Source of the DNA: Candidatus Saccharimonadia bacterium
GTDB taxonomy: Bacteria; Patescibacteriota; Saccharimonadia; UBA4664
Reading direction: 5' to 3'
NCBI GenBank assembly: GCA_035479295.1
Contig: DATIIV010000012.1
Coordinates: 1,010 to 65,009, forward strand
DNA: 64,000 bases
The notes below the pieces were generated by a model. It worked only from the letters and a program-made list of their open reading frames with translations, was not told the DNA's origin and ran no database searches. Of this stretch, positions 47,165 to 56,708 are shown in pieces; positions within the stretch are counted from its first letter, which is position 1; every line of letters starts with the position of its first letter. The position numbers were made by a program, and so were the translations under genes.

Positions 47165-47225
47165 GGCTGCATTATAGCATTGCCGCAATTGGTGATGTCG
47201 CGGGCGGTCATGATAAGATCGCACT

Positions 47226-48590
47226 ATGACGAAGCGACAACTTCGGGCGTTGATTGCGGTTACGCTCAGTAGCAGTGTAGTGTTTCTGGACGGCACGGTG
47301 GTGAATCTGGCGTTGCCGAAGTTGGCGAGCGACTTGCATGCGGGGTTTACGGCCCAGCAATGGACGGTGGAGGGCTACTTGCTGACGCTGTCGGCGCTGA
47401 TTTTGCTGGGCGGCACATTGGGTGATATCTTTGGCCGCAAGCGTGTTTATTTAGTGGGGCTCGTGGGCTTTGGCCTTAGCTCACTGGTGTGCGCGGTGGC
47501 GCCAACGGCCGGGGCATTGGTGGCGGCACGGCTGCTGCAGGGCGTGTTTGGGGCGTTACTGATACCGGGCGCGCTGGCCATTATCGAGACCAATTTTGGG
47601 CTGGAGCAGCGCGGCGCCGCCTTCGGCCGCTGGACGGCCTGGTCGTCGGCGGCCACGGCGGTGGGACCATTGTTGGGCGGCTATTTGATCGATGCGGTGT
47701 CGTGGCGGGCGGTTTTCTTAATCAACCTGCCGCTGGTGCTGCTGAGTCTGTGGCTGGCTGTGCCCAATATACACGAGAGCCGCGATGACTGGCCGCGCCG
47801 GGTTGATGGGTGGGGTGCGGCGTTAGCGATGCTGGCGCTGGCCGGGCTCACCTATGGCCTCATCCAGGGGCCGCCGCAGCACTGGTCGGCCGCACCGGTG
47901 GCGGCGCTGGCAGTGGGCGTGGCACTGGCGGTTATCTTTGTGGTGGTGGAACGCCGCGCCGCCGATCCTATGCTCAACCTGGCCCTCTTTCGCTCGCGCA
48001 ATTTTACCGGTGCCAACCTCACCACCTTTGCCATGTACGGGGCATTGTCCGGCTTCTTTTTTGCCTACGTTATCTATGCCCAAACGGCGCTGGGTTTCTC
48101 GAGCCTCATGGCCGGGCTCAGTACGCTGCCGGTGACGCTGTGCTTATTGTTGCTGTCGCGCCGCGCTGGAGCGTGGTCGGCCCGGCTGGGGCCGCGCTTA
48201 TTCATGACCGTCGGCCCCATTATGGCCGGTCTGGGCATGGCGGCACTGTGGTGGCTCCATCCTGGCGTGCCGGTGTGGGCGCCGCTGCCGGGCATCATCA
48301 TCTTTGGCATCGGCATGGCCCTCACTGTGGCGCCGCTTACCACCACCGTTATGGCGGCCGTCGACGAGACCAACGCCGGCATCGCCTCGGCCGTCAACAA
48401 TGCCGTCTCGCGCGTGGCCGGGTTGGTGGTTATCGCGCTGCTCGGCTTGTTTGGCGCCGCTCAAACTTACCGGTTTAGCGTGGCGTTGTGCGCGGCGTTG
48501 GCCATTGTGGCTGGTATTATTTCGTGGCTCATCATTAAAAATCCGCGGTTGGCTAGCCGACGTCAGTCAGCTAAAACCGCTGATGCTTGA
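47226..48590 (+). CDS. MFS transporter, DHA2 (drug:H+ antiporter, 14-TM) family
   Basis: ..LDGTVVNLALP..GTLGDIFGRKR..LLQGVFGALLIPGALAII.. are canonical DHA2/EmrB-like motifs. Confidence 0.8.
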   Translation: MTKRQLRALIAVTLSSSVVFLDGTVVNLALPKLASDLHAGFTAQQWTVEGYLLTLSALILLGGTLGDIFGRKRVYLVGLVGFGLSSLVCAVAPTAGALVAARLLQGVFGALLIPGALAIIETNFGLEQRGAAFGRWTAWSSAATAVGPLLGGYLIDAVSWRAVFLINLPLVLLSLWLAVPNIHESRDDWPRRVDGWGAALAMLALAGLTYGLIQGPPQHWSAAPVAALAVGVALAVIFVVVERRAADPMLNLALFRSRNFTGANLTTFAMYGALSGFFFAYVIYAQTALGFSSLMAGLSTLPVTLCLLLLSRRAGAWSARLGPRLFMTVGPIMAGLGMAALWWLHPGVPVWAPLPGIIIFGIGMALTVAPLTTTVMAAVDETNAGIASAVNNAVSRVAGLVVIALLGLFGAAQTYRFSVALCAALAIVAGIISWLIIKNPRLASRRQSAKTADA

Positions 48591-48664
48591 CGTTCGCTTT
48601 TTGTTCCCTTAAGCTGATCGAGGCTGAGAATAAGCCAAGATTACCTTGAAAAGAAGGGATCCTC

Positions 48665-50899
48665 GTGAGACTTCGTCTGATAAGTTTTGTGCTGACAGTA
48701 GTTGCCATGGCGGGATTGTGTATACAGCCGCTAGCAATACCGGCGTCGGCCGATCCGATAGTTACCGTGGTCGCTGGCACGGGCACAGATGGCCCATTGG
48801 TTGATGGCCAGCCTGCAGCTCAGTCGCAGCTTTGGGGCGACAGTGACGTTGCCGTAACCTCCAGCGGCACCACGCTCGTGGTCGATACCTACCATCACGA
48901 AGTACGCCAGATCACGGCAAGCGGTGTGTTCCAGGCTTTTTTGGGCAACGGCACTGCTGGCTGTGACCCAGACGGTCACTTGCTGTCACAACCTAGGGGC
49001 ATTGTGTCTGATGGGCACGGTGGAGCTTATGTGGCAAATACGTTGTGTGGCCAGATTGTTCATCGTGATGCCTCGGGCGTAATCAGCGTGATGGCCGGCC
49101 ATTACAATCCTAATGGCAACTACACCCAGGCCATCACGCCGGGCATGTCGGCCACACAGGCGTTCTTGACCCAGCCGGCCGGCCTAGCTTACGACGCCGC
49201 TACCGATACGCTCTACATTGCCGACCAGTATTCAAGCCGAGTACTCAAGGTGACGAATGGGCAGATCTGGGTGGTGGCCGGTACGGGCAGTAACGGCTAT
49301 AACGGTGATGAGCTGCCAGCTACGAGCGCGCAGCTTAACTACCCGGTCTCAGTCGCGTTTCATGGTGGCCAGCTCTACATCGGCGACTCAAGCAACGCCC
49401 GGATTCGTCGAGTCGATGCGGCTGGAACAATCCACACCCTCATGGGTACCGGCAACACTGCCGATACGGGCGACGGCGGTCCGGCTGCTTCGGCAAGCCT
49501 AAGTGGTGTGGGTGGTCTGGCCTTTGCTGCCGATGGCACGCTGTATGCCATGGCGCATTCAAGCGGCCAGATCTGGTCGGTCACGCCCGACGGTGTTGCC
49601 CACACTGTGGTCAATGTCCATGCCTGCGCCGACGGACTCGCGCTTGATACTGCCGGTAATCTGATCGTCGCCAGCGCCTGTGCTGAGTATGTGCTTCGGG
49701 TGACGGTGGCTGTCGCGCTCGTCCCTACGGTGCAAAAGATTGAGCCGGCCGGGGCATCGGTGACGGATCCGTTGTTGACCCGCGGTGTCTACTTGCTACC
49801 TCTTGCCAATGGAGCCCAGATTGACCATTACGAGTATGCCTGGACAAACAAGTCTGCAGCAGTAGCTCCTTCAACCCCTCTGCAGAGGTCGACTGGACTT
49901 ATAGGGCGGCTTGATTATCGAGACACTACTCCTGATAGCGATTGGTATCTGCTTGCACGTGCCGTCGCGCCAAACGGTGAAACAGGGCCCTGGTCGCCGT
50001 CAACGAAGGTCCATACGCCACCCAAACCCAAGTTGCTCTTTGGGTTTGACTCGGTGACGTCCGGCCATCATAACGATTATGGTGATAAGGGCAAGACCAC
50101 TTGTGACGACCCAAACTATGGCTATGCGCCTGCTTTCGCTCAGCAGTGGCTGGCAGCACTTCCATCTCAGTGGCGCGAGCAAGACCAAGTTCTTAACCTT
50201 GCCCACAGTGGTTTTGCGCTAGAGAAGCGGCCCGGTGCCAAGTATATCCAGGGTACCGTGTTGGATGGAGGCAAAAATGCCTGTGGCCAGAAGATCTCAG
50301 TCGCTCCTCTAGCTGCAGCCCAGAAAGCGCTAGCAACATCTGCCGGCTCATGGAGCAGGCTGGTTGCTACAGGAGGGATCAACGGAACTAACTGGCCGTC
50401 GGTAGTCACAAAGGTAGTTCAGCAGAACCTGCTCATGGAACAAGTAAAGGGGCGAATCCTAGCACCTAACGAGTGCGGGTCTATCGTGGGCTCGGCCTGG
50501 GACGGGGCAGCTCCCGGCTCTCTAGCAACTGTGACCGATGGCGTCCATGCTATCGTCCAGGGGTTGCGCGGCTCCGATCCGACGCTACAAATTAGTTGGA
50601 TGCTTTACTATAACAGCGCAGGAACTGGCACGAATAGGGTTCGGACTCAGCCGTATGTACCCATTACCTGTGAGCATGCATTTGATGTGGCTTTGGGAAA
50701 GGTGCAACGGGCAATTAGTGCTGGGCTGCCTGCAGATGTCCAGGCCGTACCGACTGACCCCGTGATGAGAGAGGATAATAGCAGAGTCCAACCACTATTT
50801 GCGCTACAGCAGCTGCGAGATGGAGCCGCTAATCCCGCAGGATGGCCGCATCCAAACCAAGCTGGAGGGGAGGCAATTGCGGGGCTCCTGACCCCGTAG
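48665..50899 (+). CDS. secreted NHL-repeat beta-propeller protein fused to C-terminal SGNH/GDSL-like hydrolase domain
   Basis: GTG start with a signal peptide. Repeated ..LY(I/V)AD..S.R(V/I)..V.. NHL-like blades. The C-terminus has FGFDSVTSGH (GDS-type block) ... DG(V)H. Confidence 0.55.
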   Translation: MRLRLISFVLTVVAMAGLCIQPLAIPASADPIVTVVAGTGTDGPLVDGQPAAQSQLWGDSDVAVTSSGTTLVVDTYHHEVRQITASGVFQAFLGNGTAGCDPDGHLLSQPRGIVSDGHGGAYVANTLCGQIVHRDASGVISVMAGHYNPNGNYTQAITPGMSATQAFLTQPAGLAYDAATDTLYIADQYSSRVLKVTNGQIWVVAGTGSNGYNGDELPATSAQLNYPVSVAFHGGQLYIGDSSNARIRRVDAAGTIHTLMGTGNTADTGDGGPAASASLSGVGGLAFAADGTLYAMAHSSGQIWSVTPDGVAHTVVNVHACADGLALDTAGNLIVASACAEYVLRVTVAVALVPTVQKIEPAGASVTDPLLTRGVYLLPLANGAQIDHYEYAWTNKSAAVAPSTPLQRSTGLIGRLDYRDTTPDSDWYLLARAVAPNGETGPWSPSTKVHTPPKPKLLFGFDSVTSGHHNDYGDKGKTTCDDPNYGYAPAFAQQWLAALPSQWREQDQVLNLAHSGFALEKRPGAKYIQGTVLDGGKNACGQKISVAPLAAAQKALATSAGSWSRLVATGGINGTNWPSVVTKVVQQNLLMEQVKGRILAPNECGSIVGSAWDGAAPGSLATVTDGVHAIVQGLRGSDPTLQISWMLYYNSAGTGTNRVRTQPYVPITCEHAFDVALGKVQRAISAGLPADVQAVPTDPVMREDNSRVQPLFALQQLRDGAANPAGWPHPNQAGGEAIAGLLTP

Positions 50900-50962
50900 C
50901 AAATCAAACCTGCTGGTATGGCCGAGGAAGGGATATCCCTTCCTCGGCTCTCTTAGCAAAGA

Positions 50963-51202
50963 CTAGGTAAGATGTAGGCCAGATGGAGAGAATATCAGCA
51001 AAATAGTAGCAACAGCTTCAATCAAAAAAGGCAATGCAGCAAGAGAGAAGCATAAGTAAACCATGAGAGTAAGCCGACGTCTTTGTCTGGTCCCCTTGGT
51101 TTTTCTTAAGTAGGTGAACAGAAAGCCGAGCAAAGCGAAAGAAGCCACCCATAGTAGCAAAGCTGTAGCACTGTATTCAAAGTTGCTCAAGAAATTTAGC
51201 AT
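50963..51202 (-). CDS. small 2-TM protein, hypothetical
   Basis: Hydrophobic 79-aa ORF in an AT-rich patch. Confidence 0.25.
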   Translation of the reverse strand: MLNFLSNFEYSATALLLWVASFALLGFLFTYLRKTKGTRQRRRLTLMVYLCFSLAALPFLIEAVATILLIFSPSGLHLT

Positions 51203-51380
51203 AGATCAATTCTACATGACCATCGCACCTACGAGAACACCAGAAGGGAGTTTGGTGTCGCCCGGGCGACATGTATTCGACCTAATAGTTTAGTTCTAAA
51301 GGGTAATTAGTAAGATCTGCCAATGGCCACAACATCAGAGCCCATTACTATACAAATTCACCTAATTACAGGAGACAGAC

Positions 51381-51620
51381 ATGGCAGACCTAAGCGACGT
51401 TCGCAATCAACGCGCCGACAAAGAGGCGCAGGTAACTCAGCTGCAAAGCGAGATCTCGGACTTGGAAGCGCAAGAAGAGACCATTCAGCGCGAGGCCTCG
51501 GCGGCGGCGCACGAGCTGGAGCTAGAGGCTAATAAGCTGGCCGCCACCGGCGAAGACACCGAGGCCATGGAAAAATCGCGCCAGGCCGACCAGCTGCGCC
51601 GCGACAACGAGACCTGGTAG
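51381..51620 (+). CDS. small coiled-coil protein (79 aa), hypothetical
   Basis: AGGAGA lies upstream. The sequence is highly charged and helical. Confidence 0.35.
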   Translation: MADLSDVRNQRADKEAQVTQLQSEISDLEAQEETIQREASAAAHELELEANKLAATGEDTEAMEKSRQADQLRRDNETW

Positions 51621-51650
51621 GCGGCAACTGCCGATCAGTCCGCGGCCACG

Positions 51651-52241
51651 TTAGTAGTCGATCGTCTCCTTAGCCAGAATCTTCTGGTCGTAAGGGTGCT
51701 TAATCTTGCGCATCTCGGTGATGAGGTCGGCGCGGTCGAGCAGCTCGGGTAACTCGTGGCCGCGATGGCCGGTGAGCACCAGGTCGATGTGGGCCGGCCG
51801 CGTGTCCACGAGCTCCAGTACCGGTGCCAGCTCCAGCAGCCCGCCCGTCACCGAGCCAATAACCTCATCGAGCACCACTACGTCGTACTGCCCGCTGGCG
51901 ATCTTGGTGCGGGCGAGCTCCAGGGCGGTGGCGGCGGCTCGCACGTGCTCGTCCTCGGGCAATTTATCGCCCAAGATTTTATAAAATCCTTTGCCGGCCT
52001 GCACAAACTCCACGCCAGGCACATGGGCAAAGCCACCCTTCTCACCGGTAAACCAGGTCTTTACAAATTGGATCACCAGAATGCGCTTGCCGTAGCCGGC
52101 CGCTCGCAGGGCCAGGCCCATGGCGGCTGTGGTTTTGCCTTTACCGTCGCCCGTATACACAATAGTGAGACCACGGTCGGCCTCCTTGTAGTCGGCTAGC
52201 GATGGATCGACGCGGCGGGCCGGACGCTTGTCTTCGCTCAT
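51651..52241 (-). CDS. cobA: cob(I)alamin/cob(I)yrinic acid a,c-diamide adenosyltransferase (CobA/BtuR/CobO type)
   Basis: ..VYTGDGKGKTTAAMGLALRAAGYGKRILVIQFVK..VVVLDEV..KHPY aligns by eye with E. coli BtuR. Confidence 0.8.
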   Translation of the reverse strand: MSEDKRPARRVDPSLADYKEADRGLTIVYTGDGKGKTTAAMGLALRAAGYGKRILVIQFVKTWFTGEKGGFAHVPGVEFVQAGKGFYKILGDKLPEDEHVRAAATALELARTKIASGQYDVVVLDEVIGSVTGGLLELAPVLELVDTRPAHIDLVLTGHRGHELPELLDRADLITEMRKIKHPYDQKILAKETIDY

Positions 52242-52335
52242 AATCTTGGCCTCGTTATGTCCTTAGTATATACTGGCGGCGGCGCACCTGACGTGCGCTA
52301 CCCTGAGCTTCAGGCATCGACGAAGGGCACAGAGC

Positions 52336-52998
52336 GTGTCGAACCCGCTACCGAGGGATCCAGGTGGAGACCATCCTGATCGCCTTAAGGACAGCTTCTT
52401 TGACTTCGGTCCCGACGAGGTTGATTGGCGTAGTCGTGACCCCCGTCCAGCAATGCCCGTCCGGAAAGGAGTGCTGTATGGCATCACTCATGATCTAACG
52501 ATTACTCGGCGCCTGGTGCATGTCTTGGAGACAGCGGGCTACCGCGAGGCGGTACCCATTACTCAAGACCCCGAAACAGAGAGCTACTGGCTGACCTATA
52601 CTCACTCTCATCGGCCGCCGCTGCAGTCGGTCTACGAGGTTGTCATCATCTACGACGCCCCTGATGCTGAGTCTGAGCTACCGCTGACGCTGTTTGGTGG
52701 CGGGGGAGGGCTGCTCATCCGGTTCGGATTTTCGCATGCCGACATAGGAACGATCACCTTTCACCCCAGCCAATACCTCCAGAGTTGGCTGCTGGAAGGC
52801 TTGCAATCCGAAGCGGTTCAAGAGCGGGTTGGTTTTCTTCGCGAGGTCATCGAAAACTACCTTGGACGGTTTGGTTGCGAATTGGCGCGCTACCTGTCGT
52901 GCTGGCCGGATCCCGACAAAGGTCAGAAGCTGGCGATGCTCATTCAGTTCCATCTGGATGCAATGAGGAAGGCCGCCAGTGAGATTGTAGACGAGTAG
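52336..52998 (+). CDS. hypothetical protein (220 aa)
   Basis: Clean ORF divergent from cobA. It ends at a shared terminator. Confidence 0.4.
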   Translation: MSNPLPRDPGGDHPDRLKDSFFDFGPDEVDWRSRDPRPAMPVRKGVLYGITHDLTITRRLVHVLETAGYREAVPITQDPETESYWLTYTHSHRPPLQSVYEVVIIYDAPDAESELPLTLFGGGGGLLIRFGFSHADIGTITFHPSQYLQSWLLEGLQSEAVQERVGFLREVIENYLGRFGCELARYLSCWPDPDKGQKLAMLIQFHLDAMRKAASEIVDE

Positions 52999-53027
52999 GG
53001 GTTTGTATCCGACAAGATCCTTTGCAG

Positions 53028-53061
53028 TTCAGGGTGGGCGGCTGAAGCCGCCCACCCTGAA
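53028..53061. terminator. bidirectional hairpin terminator between 52336-52998(+) and nrdJ(-)
   Basis: ttCAGGGTGGGCGGCtgaaGCCGCCCACCCTGaa forms a perfect stem of at least 13 bp. Confidence 0.6.
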
Positions 53062-53084
53062 CGCGAACCTTTGGTTTTATTTTG

Positions 53085-55739
53085 CTAGCATTTGCTAAAG
53101 CCGCAGCTCTCGCACTTCTGGCAGCCCTCGATGTTGCGCAGGGCGGCAACGCCACATTCGGGGCAAATGTCGACCCGGGCGCTGCTGGATTGCTGGTGGG
53201 CGCTCTGGGTGCCAACTAGGGCTGCAGCGGCGTTGCTGGGCGCAGCCACGGCTGGCTGTGGGGTGGTGCCGCCGACGCCGGCTCCCAGAGCTGGGCTCTC
53301 AGTCTCGGCGCCGCCCGCCTTGGCCGCCTCGTGCTCGCGCAGCACCTTGGCGATGGCGTCGGCCAGCGAGCGCACCCGGTGCGGGCCAAAACCGGCCGTG
53401 CCCGAGCCGCCGATGCCGGATAGGTGCTCCACTACGTTGCGGGCGATGCGGTCCGACGGGTAGGGGCTGGGAATGCGGAAGGCCAGCGAGATCAGCCGCC
53501 CAATGGCCTCGGCATCGGCCGTGATGTCCGAGCCGGCCCGGCCCAGGTTGACGAACACCTCGAAGATGTTGCCGGCCTCGTCCTCGTTGATGGAGATGAA
53601 AGCCGAACCAATCGGCGTGGCGACCTTGTAGGTGCGGCCGGCCAAGACCTCCGGTCGCGGCTTCATCTCGATCAGCTCGGGATCGGTCTGGCTGCCCACT
53701 GCTGCCAGCTTCTTGCCGGCCAACTGGTCGTAGTAGCTGCCCTCCTTCTTGGTCTCCAGGATCTGCTTCTCGCGGCTACCATCGCGGTAGATGGTGATGC
53801 CCTTGCAGCCGGTGGTGTACGACATCCAGTAGGCGTCGCGCACATCTTGGATGGTGGCTTCGTGGTTGAAGTTAATGGTCTTGGAGATGGCGTTGTCGGT
53901 GTACTTCTGGAAGGCTGCCTGGATCTTGAGGTGCCATTCGGGCGTAATGTCGCCGGCTACCACGAAGGTGCGCTGCATCTCATCCGGAATCTCCTCGAGG
54001 CCCTGGACGCTGCCACCGTTAGCTTGAATCTTCTCCAGCAGCTCCTCGCTGTACAGACCACGGTCTTTGAGCACCTTCATAAAGTAGGGGCTGGTCTGGA
54101 AGAGGCGCTTGCCCTCGATGGTGTTCTTGGCGTAGGTGAGGGCAAAGAGCGGCTCACAGCCCGACGAACAATCGGCCAGCATAGCGATGGTGCCGGTGGG
54201 GGCAATGGTGGTGCGGGCGCCGTTGCGCGGGCGGATCTCGCCGGGCTTGTCGTAGATGCTACCCTCAAAGGCGGGGAAGACGCCACGGCTGCGGGCCAGC
54301 TCCACCGAGGCGCGGTCGCACTCGGCCTGCACAAACTTCATGACCTGCTCGGCCCAGGCAATGCCTTCGTCGGTGTTGTAGCCGATGCCCAGATCCAGCA
54401 ACATGTCGGCAAAGCCCATAATGCCGAGGCCGATGCGGCGCACCGCTCGCGTCACCCGGCGCACGGCGTCGATCGGATACTCGTTCATATCGAGCACGTC
54501 GTCCAGGAAGCGAGTGGCGGTGTGGACGGCGACGCGCAGGCGGTCCCAGTCGAGGTCGTTGCCGTCGACGAACTTGGCCAGGTTGATGCTGCCCAAGGTG
54601 CACGCATCGTAGGGGAGCAACGGCTGCTCGCCGCACGGGTTGGTGGCCTCAATCTGGCCGAGCTGCGGCGTTGGGTTGGCCCGGCTGTTGTTGATCCGGT
54701 CGATCATAATCATACCCGGGTCGCCATACTGCCAGGCTAGCCGCGTAATCAGGTCGTAGACCTTCTTGGCGTTAAGCCGGCCCATCTCGGCCTTGGTGCG
54801 CGGGTTAATCAGAGCGTAGCCGCGGTCGGGATTGGGCTCGTCGCACCAGGCGCGTAGTTTGGCCACGGCCGCATCCAGGCGCACCAGCTTGAGGTCGAGG
54901 TCGCGGGTGGCGTGGGCCTCACGCACCTCGGCTACCAGGCCGTCAAAGTCAAACTCATCCTCGTAGTCCTTGGGCAGATACTTGGCATCGTGCTCGACGG
55001 CCTTAAAGAAAGGCTCCTCCACCGTGACCGAGATGTTAAAGTTCGTCAGCGAGAACTCATCAACTTTGTAAACGGCAAAGAGCAGAATATCGGGATGGTT
55101 GTAGTGCAGAATGCCCATGTTGGCGCCGCGCCGCACGCCGCCCTGACGGACGCTCGAGGTAATGTCGTTGTAGGTCTGCATAAAGGCGACCGGGCCGGTG
55201 GTGGTGCCGCCGGAGCTGGCAATAACGTCGCCCTTGGGCCGCAGCCGCGAGAAGCTAAAGCCGGTGCCACCGCCGCTCTTGTGGATCTTGGCCATGTCGA
55301 TGGCTGTGTTTAGAATGCCATCCAGGCTGTCTGGCACCGGCAGTACAAAGCAGGCCGACAGCTGCTGGTTGGGCTTGCCGGCGTTGAGCATGGTGGGTGT
55401 ATTGGCGATGTACTCCTGGCGCGCCATCAAGCTATAAAAGCTACGAGCCGCCTCCACGTGATCGCTTTCGGGTCGGTCGCTGTAGAGGCGCTCGGCCGTA
55501 GCGATGTTGTAGGCAATACGCCAGAGCATCTCGCGCGGCCCTTCCACCGGAGTGCCGCCGGCATCGCGGCGCGCGTAGCGGGTGCGACCAATGTACCAAG
55601 CGTTATCGCTAAAGTTGGGCTCGGGCAGATCCTCGGGCACGGCCGGAATAATCTTGCCTAAGCGGTAGAGCTCCTCAAGCCGAGCACGGTCCTCGGCGGT
55701 CTCAGTTTGTGGTAGTTTGTCTAAGATGGATTCGCCCAT
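53085..55739 (-). CDS. nrdJ: class II ribonucleoside-diphosphate/triphosphate reductase, adenosylcobalamin-dependent, with C-terminal Cys4 zinc-ribbon
   Basis: 884 aa with ..NTPTMLNAGKPNQQLSACFVLP.. and ..SGGGTGFSFSRLRPKG.. The C-terminus is ICPECG...CQKCESCG. AAGGAGGG RBS. Confidence 0.9.
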   Translation of the reverse strand: MGESILDKLPQTETAEDRARLEELYRLGKIIPAVPEDLPEPNFSDNAWYIGRTRYARRDAGGTPVEGPREMLWRIAYNIATAERLYSDRPESDHVEAARSFYSLMARQEYIANTPTMLNAGKPNQQLSACFVLPVPDSLDGILNTAIDMAKIHKSGGGTGFSFSRLRPKGDVIASSGGTTTGPVAFMQTYNDITSSVRQGGVRRGANMGILHYNHPDILLFAVYKVDEFSLTNFNISVTVEEPFFKAVEHDAKYLPKDYEDEFDFDGLVAEVREAHATRDLDLKLVRLDAAVAKLRAWCDEPNPDRGYALINPRTKAEMGRLNAKKVYDLITRLAWQYGDPGMIMIDRINNSRANPTPQLGQIEATNPCGEQPLLPYDACTLGSINLAKFVDGNDLDWDRLRVAVHTATRFLDDVLDMNEYPIDAVRRVTRAVRRIGLGIMGFADMLLDLGIGYNTDEGIAWAEQVMKFVQAECDRASVELARSRGVFPAFEGSIYDKPGEIRPRNGARTTIAPTGTIAMLADCSSGCEPLFALTYAKNTIEGKRLFQTSPYFMKVLKDRGLYSEELLEKIQANGGSVQGLEEIPDEMQRTFVVAGDITPEWHLKIQAAFQKYTDNAISKTINFNHEATIQDVRDAYWMSYTTGCKGITIYRDGSREKQILETKKEGSYYDQLAGKKLAAVGSQTDPELIEMKPRPEVLAGRTYKVATPIGSAFISINEDEAGNIFEVFVNLGRAGSDITADAEAIGRLISLAFRIPSPYPSDRIARNVVEHLSGIGGSGTAGFGPHRVRSLADAIAKVLREHEAAKAGGAETESPALGAGVGGTTPQPAVAAPSNAAAALVGTQSAHQQSSSARVDICPECGVAALRNIEGCQKCESCGFSKC

Positions 55740-55765
55740 CGTCCCTCCTTACAAATGGGTTAGTG

Positions 55766-56230
55766 TTAGTGTTTTGGCCGATGGCTAGCCAATAATTGAC
55801 TGACCTCGTCCTGGAACGATGAGGCGTCGGCAAAGTCGCGGTAGACGCTGGCAAAGCGAATGTAGGCGACTTGGTCGAGAGCCTCAAGTTTGGCCATTAC
55901 CAGCGTGCCGATCTGCTGGCTGTCGATCTCGCGGCCCTTAATGGCCCGCAGCTCGGCTTCGACCTCGTCGATGAGGCGGTCGATCTGCTCGCTGCTAATG
56001 GGGCGTTTCTTAATGGCCAGCTCAATGCCGGCGCGAAGCTTCTCGGAATTAAATGGTTCTCGTCTGCCGTCGTGCTTAGCCACCACGAGCTCGATCGTCT
56101 CGAGGCGCTCGTAGGTGGTGAAGCGCTGGTGGCAGTCCAGGCATTCACGGCGGCGACGGGTGGAGACCGCGTCGCTCTCGCGCTTATCGACGACCTTGGT
56201 ATCGGGGTGTTCGCAGTAGGGACAGACCAC
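55766..56230 (-). CDS. nrdR: transcriptional repressor NrdR
   Basis: MVCPYCEHPDTKVVDKRE..RRRECLDCHQRFTTYE (Zn ribbon) plus an ATP-cone. It lies 26 nt upstream of nrdJ. Confidence 0.85.
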   Translation of the reverse strand: MVCPYCEHPDTKVVDKRESDAVSTRRRRECLDCHQRFTTYERLETIELVVAKHDGRREPFNSEKLRAGIELAIKKRPISSEQIDRLIDEVEAELRAIKGREIDSQQIGTLVMAKLEALDQVAYIRFASVYRDFADASSFQDEVSQLLASHRPKH

Positions 56231-56272
56231 TTTGGACTCCTTTCAAGATCTTGTGTTTTAATATTGTAGGAC

Positions 56273-56286
56273 CACAACTGGTTGTG
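56273..56286. promoter_or_regulatory. palindrome CACAACTGGTTGTG in nrdR/trxA divergent promoter region
   Basis: 14-bp perfect palindrome 43 nt upstream of the nrdR start. Confidence 0.25.
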
Positions 56287-56303
56287 TTACGTTAGCATTA
56301 TGG

Positions 56304-56319
56304 ACGCTACATATTGTGT
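56304..56319. promoter_or_regulatory. candidate NrdR box acgctACATATTGTGT (14/16 to consensus acaCwAtATaTwGtgt)
   Basis: Compared by eye with the published NrdR-box consensus. It lies about 33 bp from the other palindrome. Confidence 0.3.
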
Positions 56320-56378
56320 ACGTCAACACTTTTGTTACACTAGATAAAACCGCATAAAAATCGCTTGAGGAGGAGAAA

Positions 56379-56708
56379 ATGGTTCAGGCTGTCACTAAAG
56401 AAACGTACGCGCAGACGGTAGAAAAATCCGCCAAACCGGTACTGCTTGACGTGTGGGCGCCATGGTGCCAGCCGTGCCGAGCCATTGAGCCGATGATCGA
56501 GGAGCTCAAGGTGGCCTTTGACGACCAGTTAGTGGTGGTGAAGCTCAATGCCGACGACGAGCCCGAGCTCGCGGCTCAGTTGGGTGTAATGGGCTTGCCG
56601 ACGGTGCGCGTGCTGCAGGGCGGCCAGGCGCGCTTCGAGTCGGTCGGCTCGGTCGACAAGGCTAAGCTGGCCGACGCCGTGGGCGCCGCTATCCGCGGGG
56701 CCCGGTAA
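56379..56708 (+). CDS. trxA: thioredoxin with variant active site WCQPC
   Basis: 109 aa with ..LLDVWAPWCQPCRAIEP.. GAGGAGGAG RBS. Confidence 0.8.
   Translation: MVQAVTKETYAQTVEKSAKPVLLDVWAPWCQPCRAIEPMIEELKVAFDDQLVVVKLNADDEPELAAQLGVMGLPTVRVLQGGQARFESVGSVDKAKLADAVGAAIRGAR

Noticed and set aside
51257-51270. Perfect palindrome GTCGCCCGGGCGAC
   Set aside because: It is too short and loop-less for a terminator. It sits in an intergenic region with no obvious associated gene, and I have no basis to assign function.
53424-54740. 438-aa + strand ORF
   Set aside because: It is antisense to nrdJ, whose motifs are unambiguous. It is Gly/Ala/Val/Leu-rich with no start context.
55740-55765. Cobalamin riboswitch upstream of nrdJ
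   Set aside because: Only 26 nt separate nrdR and nrdJ, which is too short. No B12-element core is visible upstream of nrdR either.
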